Shown here: in pieces, positions 14,431 to 43,611 of the stretch
Layout: each line of letters begins with the position of its first letter
Numbering within the stretch: position 1 is the stretch's first letter
DNA from: Lingula anatina
Lineage: Eukaryota; Animalia; Brachiopoda
Direction of reading: 5' to 3'
DNA: 64,000 nucleotides
NCBI GenBank assembly: GCA_051362555.1
Contig: CM120642.1
Location: 15,438,001 to 15,502,000, forward strand
Program-made: the position numbers and the translations under genes
The notes under the pieces: generated by a model
The model's input: only the letters and a program-made list of their open reading frames with translations
Databases searched by the model: none
What the model was told of the DNA's origin: nothing

Positions 14431-14721
14431 CTCTCTCGAAAGAATTTTCTGCTAAGCATTCATCACTTGGTCTGGGAGGCTATTCCACAGATTTACTACT
14501 TGCACAGTGAAACTGTACTTCTTTATGTACTGTACTAATATTAGGTCTAAAAGCCCCCCTCCCTTGTTCTCTGGAACTGAAGTATTGCTTAATTTAGTTT
14601 AATGAAGTCTGCAACTTTGTTGTCATATTTCCCACTGAGTAATTTGTTATAGATATTAATTAGAAATAGAGTAAGTGATTTGGATATCACATAGACAAGT
14701 GAATATTTTCCAGGTTGCAGA

Positions 14722-17566
14722 ATGCTGGCCTCCATAATAACTGCAGCACTTCAGGGAGCTGCTGCTATTTTGCTGCTAGTGGTAGGCGTACTCCTAACAC
14801 TCAGATTATACATTAGGCACAAGAAGAAGAATCAATTGCCACATCTTCGTCAGGACCCAGGCTCTGTTGTCGTGGGATTTTTTCATCCATATTGCAATGC
14901 TGGTGGTGGAGGGGAGAGGGTTTTGTGGTGTGCCATCAAAGCCTTGCAAAAAAAGTGAGTGACAAAAGTAATAAAAATAAAAAACTCTAATAATGGATCT
15001 TAGGTTGAAATAGAGATCACATTGTTTTAACTTTATCACCAGACCTTCCTCAGGTGAAATGATTTTGAGTTGTCATCAGTATCACGTGGTGACAATTTGA
15101 AGTGAGCGACACTTTGACAGGGTTCAACTTGACATGCACAGTGTATTTATCAATATGCATGAAATGTGTCTTATTATTTATGCTTTTCTAATTTTTATCT
15201 GATTAGTCTTAAAAAAAGTTATTCGACTAAAAGCAGAATTTAACAACATGCTCAGGCTATTGTGATGACCCTTAGGAAAACAAATCCCAGATATCTTTTA
15301 TTCTACACTAGTGGTTCTATAATTCACCAACCTGAACCAAAACATTTTTAATTATGTTTAATTATGTTGTCTGTATCGATCATTATTTTATGGTTTGTCT
15401 GGAAAGCATCACATGTATTGTATATGTATTGATCAGGTAATAACCCAGATGTCATGGTGTAGTGCCATTAGCAAAGTTAGATTCAACCCTTAATAGGAGG
15501 CTACATATCAACTGTAGTATTCCTTATTGCTGAAATGAGGGATTTTAATGGAAGGTAATTGGGGAAATTAATAGAATTTTACACTGAGCTGATAGTTAAC
15601 CAAAAGCCTGCACAGTGAATGTAATTGTTGTGTGTTCTGTATTTCAGATACCCAGCTGTGCAGTGTGTAGTGTACACTGGAGACCAAGATGCAACAGGTA
15701 ATCTGTATAGAAGGCTTGTTATACTGTTTGCTTTTAGATATCATTTGAAGTTATTTGAAAATTTTAAAGGCATGTGGGACATTAAATATTGTCCAAATTA
15801 GGTGAAATTATGAAAGAATGAAACAAGACCTAGTTTTTTTTTTCTTCATTCCAGCCATGATATTTTATTGTAAAATGTTTTCTCATCATAACTTAAAGCT
15901 TATGGTGCACATTATAAACATGATAATTTTTTTTTTTTTTAATGTCATATCTTACAGGTGAAGAAATATTACAGAAAGCATGGCAGCGTTTTAACATCAA
16001 AGTGTCGAGACCTGTAGAGTTTGTGTACCTTACAAGGCGGGACTGGGTTGAGGCTAAAACATGGCCTTATTTCACATTGCTAGGACAAAGCATGGGCTCA
16101 GTCTTCTTAGGCTGGGAGGCACTGTGTAAGCTGGTCCCAGATGTCTACATCGACACTATGGGATATGCCTTCACCATACCACTGTTTAAGTACATTGGAG
16201 GCTGTCAAACTGGGTGCTATGTCCATTATCCCACCATTAGTAATGACATGTTAGAGAGAGTGGCCCAGAGGACGGAGAGCTATAACAACAGGAGGGTGAT
16301 ATCAAAAAACCCTGTGCTCAGCTTCTTTAAGTTGGTGTACTATCACATGTTTGCCTTTGCCTATGGGGTGGCTGGAAAAAGGTCAGATGTTATCATGGTC
16401 AATTCTTCGTGGACTTTAGGGCATATTTTACACTTGTGGAGGGCTGCTTCAAAAACGAGCATCGTGTACCCACCGTGTGATGTGGAGGAATTTTTGAAAC
16501 TCCCTCTCAAGGAGGAGGACTCCCAAAGGACAACACACACCATAGTTTCAATAGCTCAGTTTAGGCCAGAAAAAGACCATGATTTACAACTCAGGTCATT
16601 CCATGAATTTCTTAAGAAAAAATCCAACCAGGAAAACTTACAATATAAATTGATTTTGATTGGAAGCTGTCGCAATGCTGGGGATGTTGCAAGAGTAGAG
16701 GAGCTCAGAGTCACAGTTAAGGATCTTGGGTTGGAAGACAGTGTGGAGTTTTTGCTAAATGTGTCATTTGAGGAACTTAAGAAGCAACTGCACCATGCCA
16801 CTATAGGCCTACACACTATGTGGAATGAACACTTTGGAATTGGTAAGAAAACACCAAAACAAAAGGGCATTTTTGTTAAGCAATTCATGTGGATGATTAT
16901 GTTGTGTTGATATTTCTGATGACAATTTTCCTGAATTAATTTTCCTTTATCTTGATTTCATGGCAAATAAAAAATTTAAAACCGTGCTAACTTTAACAAT
17001 TTTTTGTTTTAGCCAGATTATATTTTTTGATTAATGAATAATAAGTGAAAGGCCATTTTTGAAAATTTTCTGCTCATTGCTTTGTTTTACAAAATGAGTT
17101 GGTTTATTTTCTTGTTATAGCTTGATTTATGAAATGTTGTTAAATGTTATATTAAGGGGAGCCAAAAAATTGAGAATCTGATACATTGAAGAAAGTAAAG
17201 TGTTTCATTATTACAAAAGACTACTAAACAAGGGCTCTTATAGCTACATAGATTTTTACCCTCTTTGGTTCATTTTTTTCTATTCCAGGAGTGGTAGAAA
17301 TTATGGCAGCAGGCACTATAGTCCTTGCTCACAACTCTGGTGGACCAAAGATGGATATTGTAGTGGACAGAAAGGGGACAAAAACAGGGTTTTTGGCCAG
17401 TGATATTACCAGTTATGCAGATGCAATGGAAACCATATTCCACCTCACACCACAGGAGAGAATGGATATAAGAATGAATGCCAGAGAATCCGTGAAGAAA
17501 TTCTCAGAGGAAGAGTTTTCACAAGGGTTTTTGTCTTGTGTCAGTTGTATATTTGAAGAGAAGTAA
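14722..17566 (+). CDS. ALG11: GDP-Man:Man3GlcNAc2-PP-Dol alpha-1,2-mannosyltransferase ALG11
   Basis: Exons 14722-14954, 15648-15697, 15958-16842, 17289-17566 (TAA). Motifs [70 protein letters not shown]...AHNSGGP; N-terminal TM anchor. Confidence 0.97.
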
Positions 17567-18706
17567 AATCCAAGTGTATATTTGGTACTTTGAATTGTAA
17601 GGCAGCTTGACCAGTTTTCATGTCCTTTTCTCTGAGCTTAACTAATCCATGAACTCTTAAAGCAGACAGTCCCTTAACAGTTGACAGGACTTTTTGCCCA
17701 AAACCGAAGTTCATGGTAGCACTAGACCAAATGTCAGAGGATCTGATTGGATTGAATTCTCGAGTTTTTTCCCTTGGAGGTTTTCTCCCTTAAAAAAAGA
17801 CAAAGTGATATGATGCTTTTTCATATATTTGTTTCTGCTTAAAATATGATCACAGACAAACAACGACATGATGTAAGACTTCCTGGTAAAGTGATATGTT
17901 GCAAAGTAAAAAAAAGTTTTAAGGACGGATTTTGCATACTGTTAAGAACATGATGTTGTTTTCTGGTGATATAGCATTATACTACATAATGAATAAATTA
18001 TTAAAGTTATCCAGTCTTTGATATTACAATTGTGTTTAGACCAATTTGCTGTTTTCAATGGCCAAAGCTTTTTTTCCAAATATGTTATAGGTCTTTTTTC
18101 CATTAAGCTAGTAACTGTCCATTATATTGTCAAAACTCAGATAAAAAACATTAAGCTCTAACAAAACATTGAAATTAATAAAATATCCGTATGACATTTT
18201 GAAGATACTGCTTAAACGACTACTTTTAAATAAAAAAATACATTACACTATGCACAATGACAAGTTACAAAATAAAAACCAATCTTAATATTTCTTACGT
18301 GGCTTGTTGGAACATTACCTATTTTTGTATGTACATGATTGTTTCCCTTACAAGAATGACTACCACAAGGTTTTCAACTTTGACTACCAGGTCTATCATC
18401 AAAACCTTTTGTCAACTGTTTACTTAAGTCCCAAAAGTCTATCAAAGAAAAAAGAAAATGCAACAGAGTATATCGTCCTCGCCTGCAGTACCTGTAGGAA
18501 CAGCCCCACTTTTTTCTACACCATCACAGAACAGCAGCACATAGAAAGTTACAACCAAGAGCAAATAATTTGTTAACATAATTATGATCCAAATTAATAA
18601 AATTTGTTTTCAATAAATTTGCAAACGGTCAATACAAGCCTGGGCTGCTCAAGTTCAGTAGAAAAAATTCTGAAGTGATAAATTTTGCTTGTTTCCTAGT
18701 CTCTGC

Positions 18707-36428
<17,722 letters not shown>

Positions 36429-36811
36429 TTTGAGGCGAGTCTTGTTTCTTTCACTCCATGCTCTAGAGTGGAAGAAATATATACATTAGTTCAAATATTT
36501 GAAATTAAAAATAAGACACACGTACGGTGTGATAATTCGAGGTCAAAAATAATGCAATGTCATGAATAATGTAATAAAAAGTGGATCAAATTATCTTAAA
36601 TTATTTAAAACAAAAATTAAATAGATCTAGATCAAAATATGACTGAAAATAAAAAATAAATCTTTCGACTGATTTCACAAGAATTAGGGGAAAAGAAAGA
36701 AAAACTGGTTTGCTGAATATCGCTCCTGTCTCAAACAATCTTTTGTCACTTGCAAAAAAGATCCATATACCGACAATCATTTGCAAATAAACACGGTTCT
36801 TCTCTACTTAC

Positions 36812-38059
36812 CAGTACAGAAAACTTCGATTGTGCAAGGAAACTATTTGCCGGAAGTACACAAAACAGCTGCGCACTTCATGGTTACCATAAGTTTGCTT
36901 GGTTGATAAAATGTGTTGGGACGAAAATGACTTGATTATACCAAACCTGCCCCTATACTCATAAAAATACAAGATTTGCTCATTTGTATTCAGCTTTAAC
37001 ACTAGCAGAGATATCTATACGATTTTCTGGTCAGACCACAAAAAAAGGGTACAGCCAGACCACAAGATGCCATATCAGGCCAATTAGCGAGGTGTCGTTA
37101 CAGGCTAGGGAGTTTACTTCCAACAATATACAATTTCTTGGTAATTAGAGCTTACATTTTAAGTAAATTAATTCACTCTAAATATTATTTAAAACATATA
37201 TCAGAAATGAAGAGTTTAGCAATTTCAGTATATATTTTCATGGAAAGAAGTTCAACGATTTCTGATCTAGCTCTGGGACCTATTTCACAAAAGAACATAA
37301 GATCATAGGTTTGACTTTGTTTACCAAAGCTTTAGTAAAAATATGGTCTAACTAAATAATTTTATTTAACCATTTGAATAGAATTGATAATTAGACCCCA
37401 TTCCCAGAGATTAGATCGATCCAAACTAGATCTACCTAAATCCCTGGGGGTTCACGCCGAGCGGGCACGAAAGTTAATTACCCCCTTACAGCTTGTAGTA
37501 GGCGGGACGGACATTTAAGTTGGATTATCTGACAGTAATCTTGTGACACTCCCCACGGGGATAGATCGATCAAAATCTATGGGAATACGCCCTTAAAGTA
37601 ATTCAAGGCAGATATTTGCATTTCACAATTTTAAATCAAATTAAGAAAGGTTAGAATCTATACTATTTTATTGGACTGCTGCATATTATTCCTTAAGTGA
37701 AGTAGACGAAGTTTTCGTCTCAAAGTTAAAAAGGGTCAACCTTTTTTTTTTTTTTTAGTTCTTTTGAGAAGTCCTCTGGTCTGAGACGACATATTCCGCC
37801 ATCCTGTGACCCTACATTGGCTCCACTCCACCGCCCCATCCACCGCCCGCCTGTTTGATCTCGCGCATTCTCGCGACCCACAGCCTCTTTCTGGAAAGTA
37901 AACCAAACATTGGAAACGATCAACACAGAAATGTGACTGCGTACTACTCGGCGTGATATGCCTATTAAACAGTGGGTAAAATGGGCAGCAGGTATCACAT
38001 AGCTGCTGGAGGTGTAAAGAAAAAGAAACACTGTTCCTGTAGTATCACATAAGGCAAGG
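36812..38059. promoter_or_regulatory. Divergent promoter region between BBS7 (-) and the ARM-FN3 gene (+)
   Basis: Minus-strand donor CTG|GTAAGT at 36812 and acceptor at 36463 define a BBS7 5'UTR intron. ETS site CCGGAAGT at 36850; X-box-like half-sites CATGGTTACCAT at ~36879; GC-box-like CCGCCC motifs at ~37831-37850. Confidence 0.5.
37395..37592 (-). mobile_element. ~200-bp MITE, family C, copy 1
   Basis: Imperfect TIRs CCCCATTCCCAGAGATTAGATCGA / TCGATCAAAATCTATGGGAATA; homologous in reverse to 50186-50399 and 41252-41359. Confidence 0.78.
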
Positions 38060-41000
38060 ATGATGACGGTAAACTGGGCGAATAACGAGTATTTTCACCA
38101 GTTATTGTGCGGGGACAAGCGCTCGCACATAGCACTGGAGATGCTTGTAGACGACCTGCACGTCGAAAAGGACAAGACGATAACCAAATTTCTCTGTCAT
38201 TCTGGCTCGGAAGATTTCTTGTGGGGATTGGTAAAGCTGCTGGCAAGTGAAAACTCGAGGTATTTTTGCAGTTTTAAGAAAAGCGTGCTTTAACTACCTT
38301 TGTAAATTTAATAACTACAACTTATATAACTATGACTAGTAATAGCATAATGGTAGAAAGCATTAATGATATTGATCAATAATATGCGTCATTATAAATT
38401 ACTTATAATATAGGATAATGTAGTTGTTTCCAAATGCCCCAACAGATTTTTAATTATTATTATTATTATTTATATTTAATTATTATTATTAATTTTTGCT
38501 ATTATTTTATTTATTTATTTTTGTTGTTGTTGTTAAAAGAAAGAAATGATTATATGTAGTTAAACTGGTAAACCTGGCAGCAAGGTTTCAATTTGGTTTG
38601 TTCTTCAGCGCTATCACAGTAAGCTAATTCAGTTGTCAACTTGATTGTTTGCTGAAAAAAATTATAATGACACAGTCTTCAGAACTTAAAACACTTTATG
38701 TCAAAACATATAAATAATTAGACATCCTTTTATATTTTTGAAATTGTTTTATATTCAACAAACACACACACGCAAAATAAATCTGCTGCACTCCTAACAT
38801 CCAGGTATATAGGCTTTTAGTTTAAAAACAGACCACCTGTCCACTTATAACAGCATAAAATCAAAAACAACATGTCACTTACAGTAATGTGACCAAAACA
38901 AGAATTTTGAACACATTCTAAGTGCATAAATTGCTTCTTGTTGAGCATATTTGAGAATAATTAAAGCTTTTAAGACATATTTTGACATAAAAATGACCAT
39001 AATCAGCATCACAAAAAATAATCATATTCACTGCCTCCTACCTAACCTCCGTAGTCAGCCATCGTGACACAGTTTGAAAAAAATAATATGGTTGCAGCAT
39101 GAGAGTCCTGTAAGATCTGAAAGCCAAACTTGGAATGAATGAGGTACATCTGATGGGGTATCTGGAAAACCTGTGCTTAAGCGCAGGTTTAGATCATTTG
39201 CTATTTCTAAAATTGTTACAAAGTTATGGTGAGTATCAGAAAAGAAAGGTTAAAGGATGATAAATTGGGAGAAATGCCATCTTCCCTGAGAAAATGCTTT
39301 AAATGAGTCTTTGGTGGTAAAAGCATGGCTTGGAAGCTAACTACAGTACATAATAACAAAGATCAAGGCTACAATAACCCTTTCTCAGGTTTTCCCAATA
39401 TGAGAAAGCACTCTTTGGAAAAATCACCAGGCTTTGGCAGCTTTGTCCCTGCAAAACGTGAATAATTTTATTGACTTTACCTGTCATGCATTACAAGTGA
39501 AATTAAGGTGCCAACCTATAAACAAACAAAAAACTGAATTATTAGACATTCAGAAAAATATCTGAATACTAGTAGTCTAACTGTGGTCACCATTATTTTG
39601 TGTATGAGCAGAGACAATTGCCAATACAAATCTATGATTACAATTATAACAGATATAAAAACAATTTTTTATAGAAAATATTATATCATGTACTGTATGT
39701 CATTGTATCCAATGAAGCACCTTGATTGCCTTCACAATTATGTTCCTTGATGACCTAATATTTAATTTCATTTTGGCAGAAGCAGAATCTTTTAAAGAAA
39801 ATAGTTATAATGTTTATTAAATGCTCACAAAGAATAATGATACATAGTACTTTCTGTGGCCCCCGAAAGTGTTTTAGATTATGTTGAAAACATTTCAACA
39901 TGTGAATATGGCGTTTTGCAAAACAAATTTGTTGTAGGAATGTCAGTTAACTTACAACTGCATCAATTTCTATTAAATTTTAAGACTGCCTTTAAGAAAT
40001 GCCATTCTTTGCAGCAGAAATAGCAAAAAAAGGAAGCTGTCTGTGTTATTTTTCAAAAGTCATGTAAAGTCATGATACAGCGTTTTTTGGTCACTTTGTC
40101 TTGAATAAAAATACCACCCTGTCTGGAAGGATGCATTTGAATTTTCAGTGTCAGTTGGCTTGGCTGTCCACACATACTACAAGTACTTGGTGATCTAGCA
40201 ACACATTTAGGCACACACAAGTTTTAGCTTAATTAAAGATGAATATATAAATTATACTAGTACTTGTACTTATGGCAAATTGTTGCCACTAAACACAATC
40301 AAATGCCACTTTATAGTTACAAATAACTTAAAGAAATACCGTAGTTCCGTTACCTTATTTCTCCACAAATTAATACTTGTGCAGAATTTTAGAAGTTAAT
40401 GTTACTACCATGTTACTGCTTACTCTCACAGAAGCACCATATCCTAAAGGTTTATCAATAATCAGTATCATAATTTTGACTGTCATGTACAGCTGCTTGT
40501 TGACCTAAATAACACTTACTTCAGTTTTATCTTCTCTGATCTACAAAAAAGCTTGATAATCAAAATGCCATTTAAGAAGTAGACATTGACATAGAGCTAT
40601 AAAACCAATGGCAAATGCTTGTAAATTTTAAGGCTGCTTTCAGTGGAGTATATTTAAATCTATAAATGGCAAAAATATAACATATGAGCTTAGTATATAT
40701 CTATAACTATATCACTGTCACCAAAGCATCATACACTACAAATTTATCAATATCATAACGCAGCTTTTATCAACCACAGCCTGTTGACGTACTAGTAAGT
40801 GCTACACACCTACCACAAGCTAAAAAGTGTTATAATTAATTTTTTTTTAGCAATTCTACACAAAAACTCTCCTATCAATATGTCATTTAAAATACAGACA
40901 TTTACATATGTTAGGTAAAACCAGAGGGCAAACTCCAGTGAATTTATAAGACTACTTTCAATGGCTTATATTCAAATCCATTAATGCCAATCACAAAGAA

Positions 41001-43579
41001 ATTTTACTTTTGACACCTAAAAATATCAATGATTTTCTAGTAGTGAAGGAGGTGCAGTGCTGTTGTTTAGCCAGAAATGGCCTATCAATTTCAATCAATC
41101 GACCCTTGAAAAAAATCCCTTTGCAGCAGTAAATCTGACCTCTTTTACCACACAAGCATATTTTTCCAGAGTATACAGAAGGCAAACAATCACAAGGGGA
41201 ATCAGTTGGGAGATCCTAAAGTGAGGCTGTGAGAACTGTGTGGGAGTCTTTGGCTCTGTTCTCACAACTTTTAGATCGATCTATCACTGCGGGGAGTCTC
41301 ACTAGATTACTGTCAGATAATCCCCCTTAAGTGTCCGTCCCCGCCTACTACAAGCTTTATATGTTTTGACATAAAGTGTTTTAAGTTCTGAAGACTCTGT
41401 CATTATAATTTTTTTCAGCAAACAATCAAGTTGACAACTGAATTAGCTTACTGTGATAGCGCTGAAGAACAAACCAAATTGAAACCTTGCTGCCAGGTTT
41501 ACCAGTTTAACTACATATAATCATTAAGCTTTTTTTAAATAGCTAAAATATTTTATCAAATACTTGTAAAAATCATTCCAAAAAGTTCTCCCAGTAACTA
41601 AATCCCCTTGCAACAGCTCACACAAGCACCATACACTAAAAGTTTATCAATAATCAATATCACCTCTTAATTGTTAACCAAAACTTTTGATGTAAGTGCC
41701 ACACACCTACCACAAATTTGTCAGTTTAATGTTTGAAAATTTTCAGCAATTCTACAGAAAATCTTGTTTATCAATATATTATGTCAAATGTAGACATTTA
41801 CATATGTTAAGTAAAACCACAGGGCAAATCCCAGTGAATTTTTAAGTCTACTTTCAATGGCTTAAATTCAAATCCATTAATGCCAAACACATAAAAAATT
41901 ACTTCTGACACCTTAAAATGCCACTAGTCTTCAGAGGAAGCTGGAGGTGCAGTACTGTTGCGTAACAAAAAATCAATTTCAAATAAAAATATAAGCATAC
42001 CCCTTTGCAACAGTAAATCTGACCTCTTTTACCACACCAGCATATTTTCCTGGACTATATGGAAGGCAAGCAATCTCAAAAGGATCCATTTGGGATATAT
42101 CCTAAAATGAGGCTGTTTGAACTGTGTGACTCCACTTAAAGATGCATATGAAGTCAATTTTTTGCCACAAAAACCAACCAAATGCCAGCATATGGTTTCA
42201 AATAGTATAACTAAGAGAATTACCAAAAGACATTGTTTAATGTTACCCACAAAATGATATTTGAACAGGTTTTTCTTCTGGCTATGCTGTAAATACATGG
42301 GCTGAAAAGTAGGTCACATAAGTAGGTTAAATTTCCGACCAAAGATTTAAAGAAAATAGCAGTCTCAAGCTCTTTTATGGTTGACCGAGTGATGTACTAG
42401 TATTTAATTTATCCCTTGACATATTAACTTTATTTGAGTCATATAAGAAACTAGTATAAGTGGTTTATATGTGTTACTGGGAATCCACCAATGCTTGGTT
42501 CATATGTATCTTTAAGAGACCATTCAGTCTACAATGCCTAAATATGGCTGACCTACAATGGTCTCTCTGCCTCTTTCACATATCTCCATGCATCATCCTT
42601 GCAGGCTGCAGGAGCACAGTAATTAAATCTTGGCTAAATTCGACTGGTCGAGGGACGACATGTGTAGAGGCGCATAAGAGGCAGAGAGACCATTACAGGA
42701 TTAAGTGGTCTTCCTTTCATGTAGGTCCGCCATATTTAGGCCATGGACCCAGTTAGCACTCGGCTCTTCTCATTCTGAATAGGGCCTAAGACTAGATGTT
42801 TGGGAATCTTTGTTAAGGGGGATAAATTTTTCCATGATTAGGGTGAATTTCTTTGTGTCAAGAATGTTTAATTGGTACACTATGTTTAATTGGTACATTG
42901 TAATAGTATGCTCTGAAGTATTAGACAAAGTAGACCAATGATTTTAGTCTTGGATTTTTTTTACATTGAGTGGTCTATTTTGGTGATACAGATTAACTGT
43001 ACACTATTAGAGATTCACGTTTTGATTAAAAACATGTCATGTCAAAACATTAAAACAGTAATATTAACTCCATTCATTTCTTGTTTAAAACTAAACAAAC
43101 AAAAAAAATCTGCTGTACAGCTGATATTGATAAGTAAAGGGTTTTTAATTTAGAAACAAACCACCTGTCCACTGATAACAGCATAAAAACCTGAAGACAA
43201 TTAAAACTTTTGAAACATATAAATAGCTTGAATCAGTCATTTTGGCAGAATTATAAACACACACACACACATGCTGAAAACTTTTAGGAATGGTCGGACA
43301 TTTGGACCGGCAGTAATGAAAAATGTGCCGGTCCGAATGGATTTTTGTCGGACCGAAAATCACCATTCGTTTGAGACAGATACTACCAGTACGATAAGGG
43401 TAGCTTACTTTATGAATGTGATAGGTTTGAAATGGAAGAGAAAAACACTTTGGGTTTTATACAATTTATTAGTGACGTATGTCGGATGATGACTGTAAAT
43501 TCAAAATTGCGGCTCTTAAAACTCTTCTCGGTCCAGACAAATTTTCAAGGTCATGACTGATCAGACCGACAGTTTCAGC

Positions 43580-43611
<32 letters not shown>

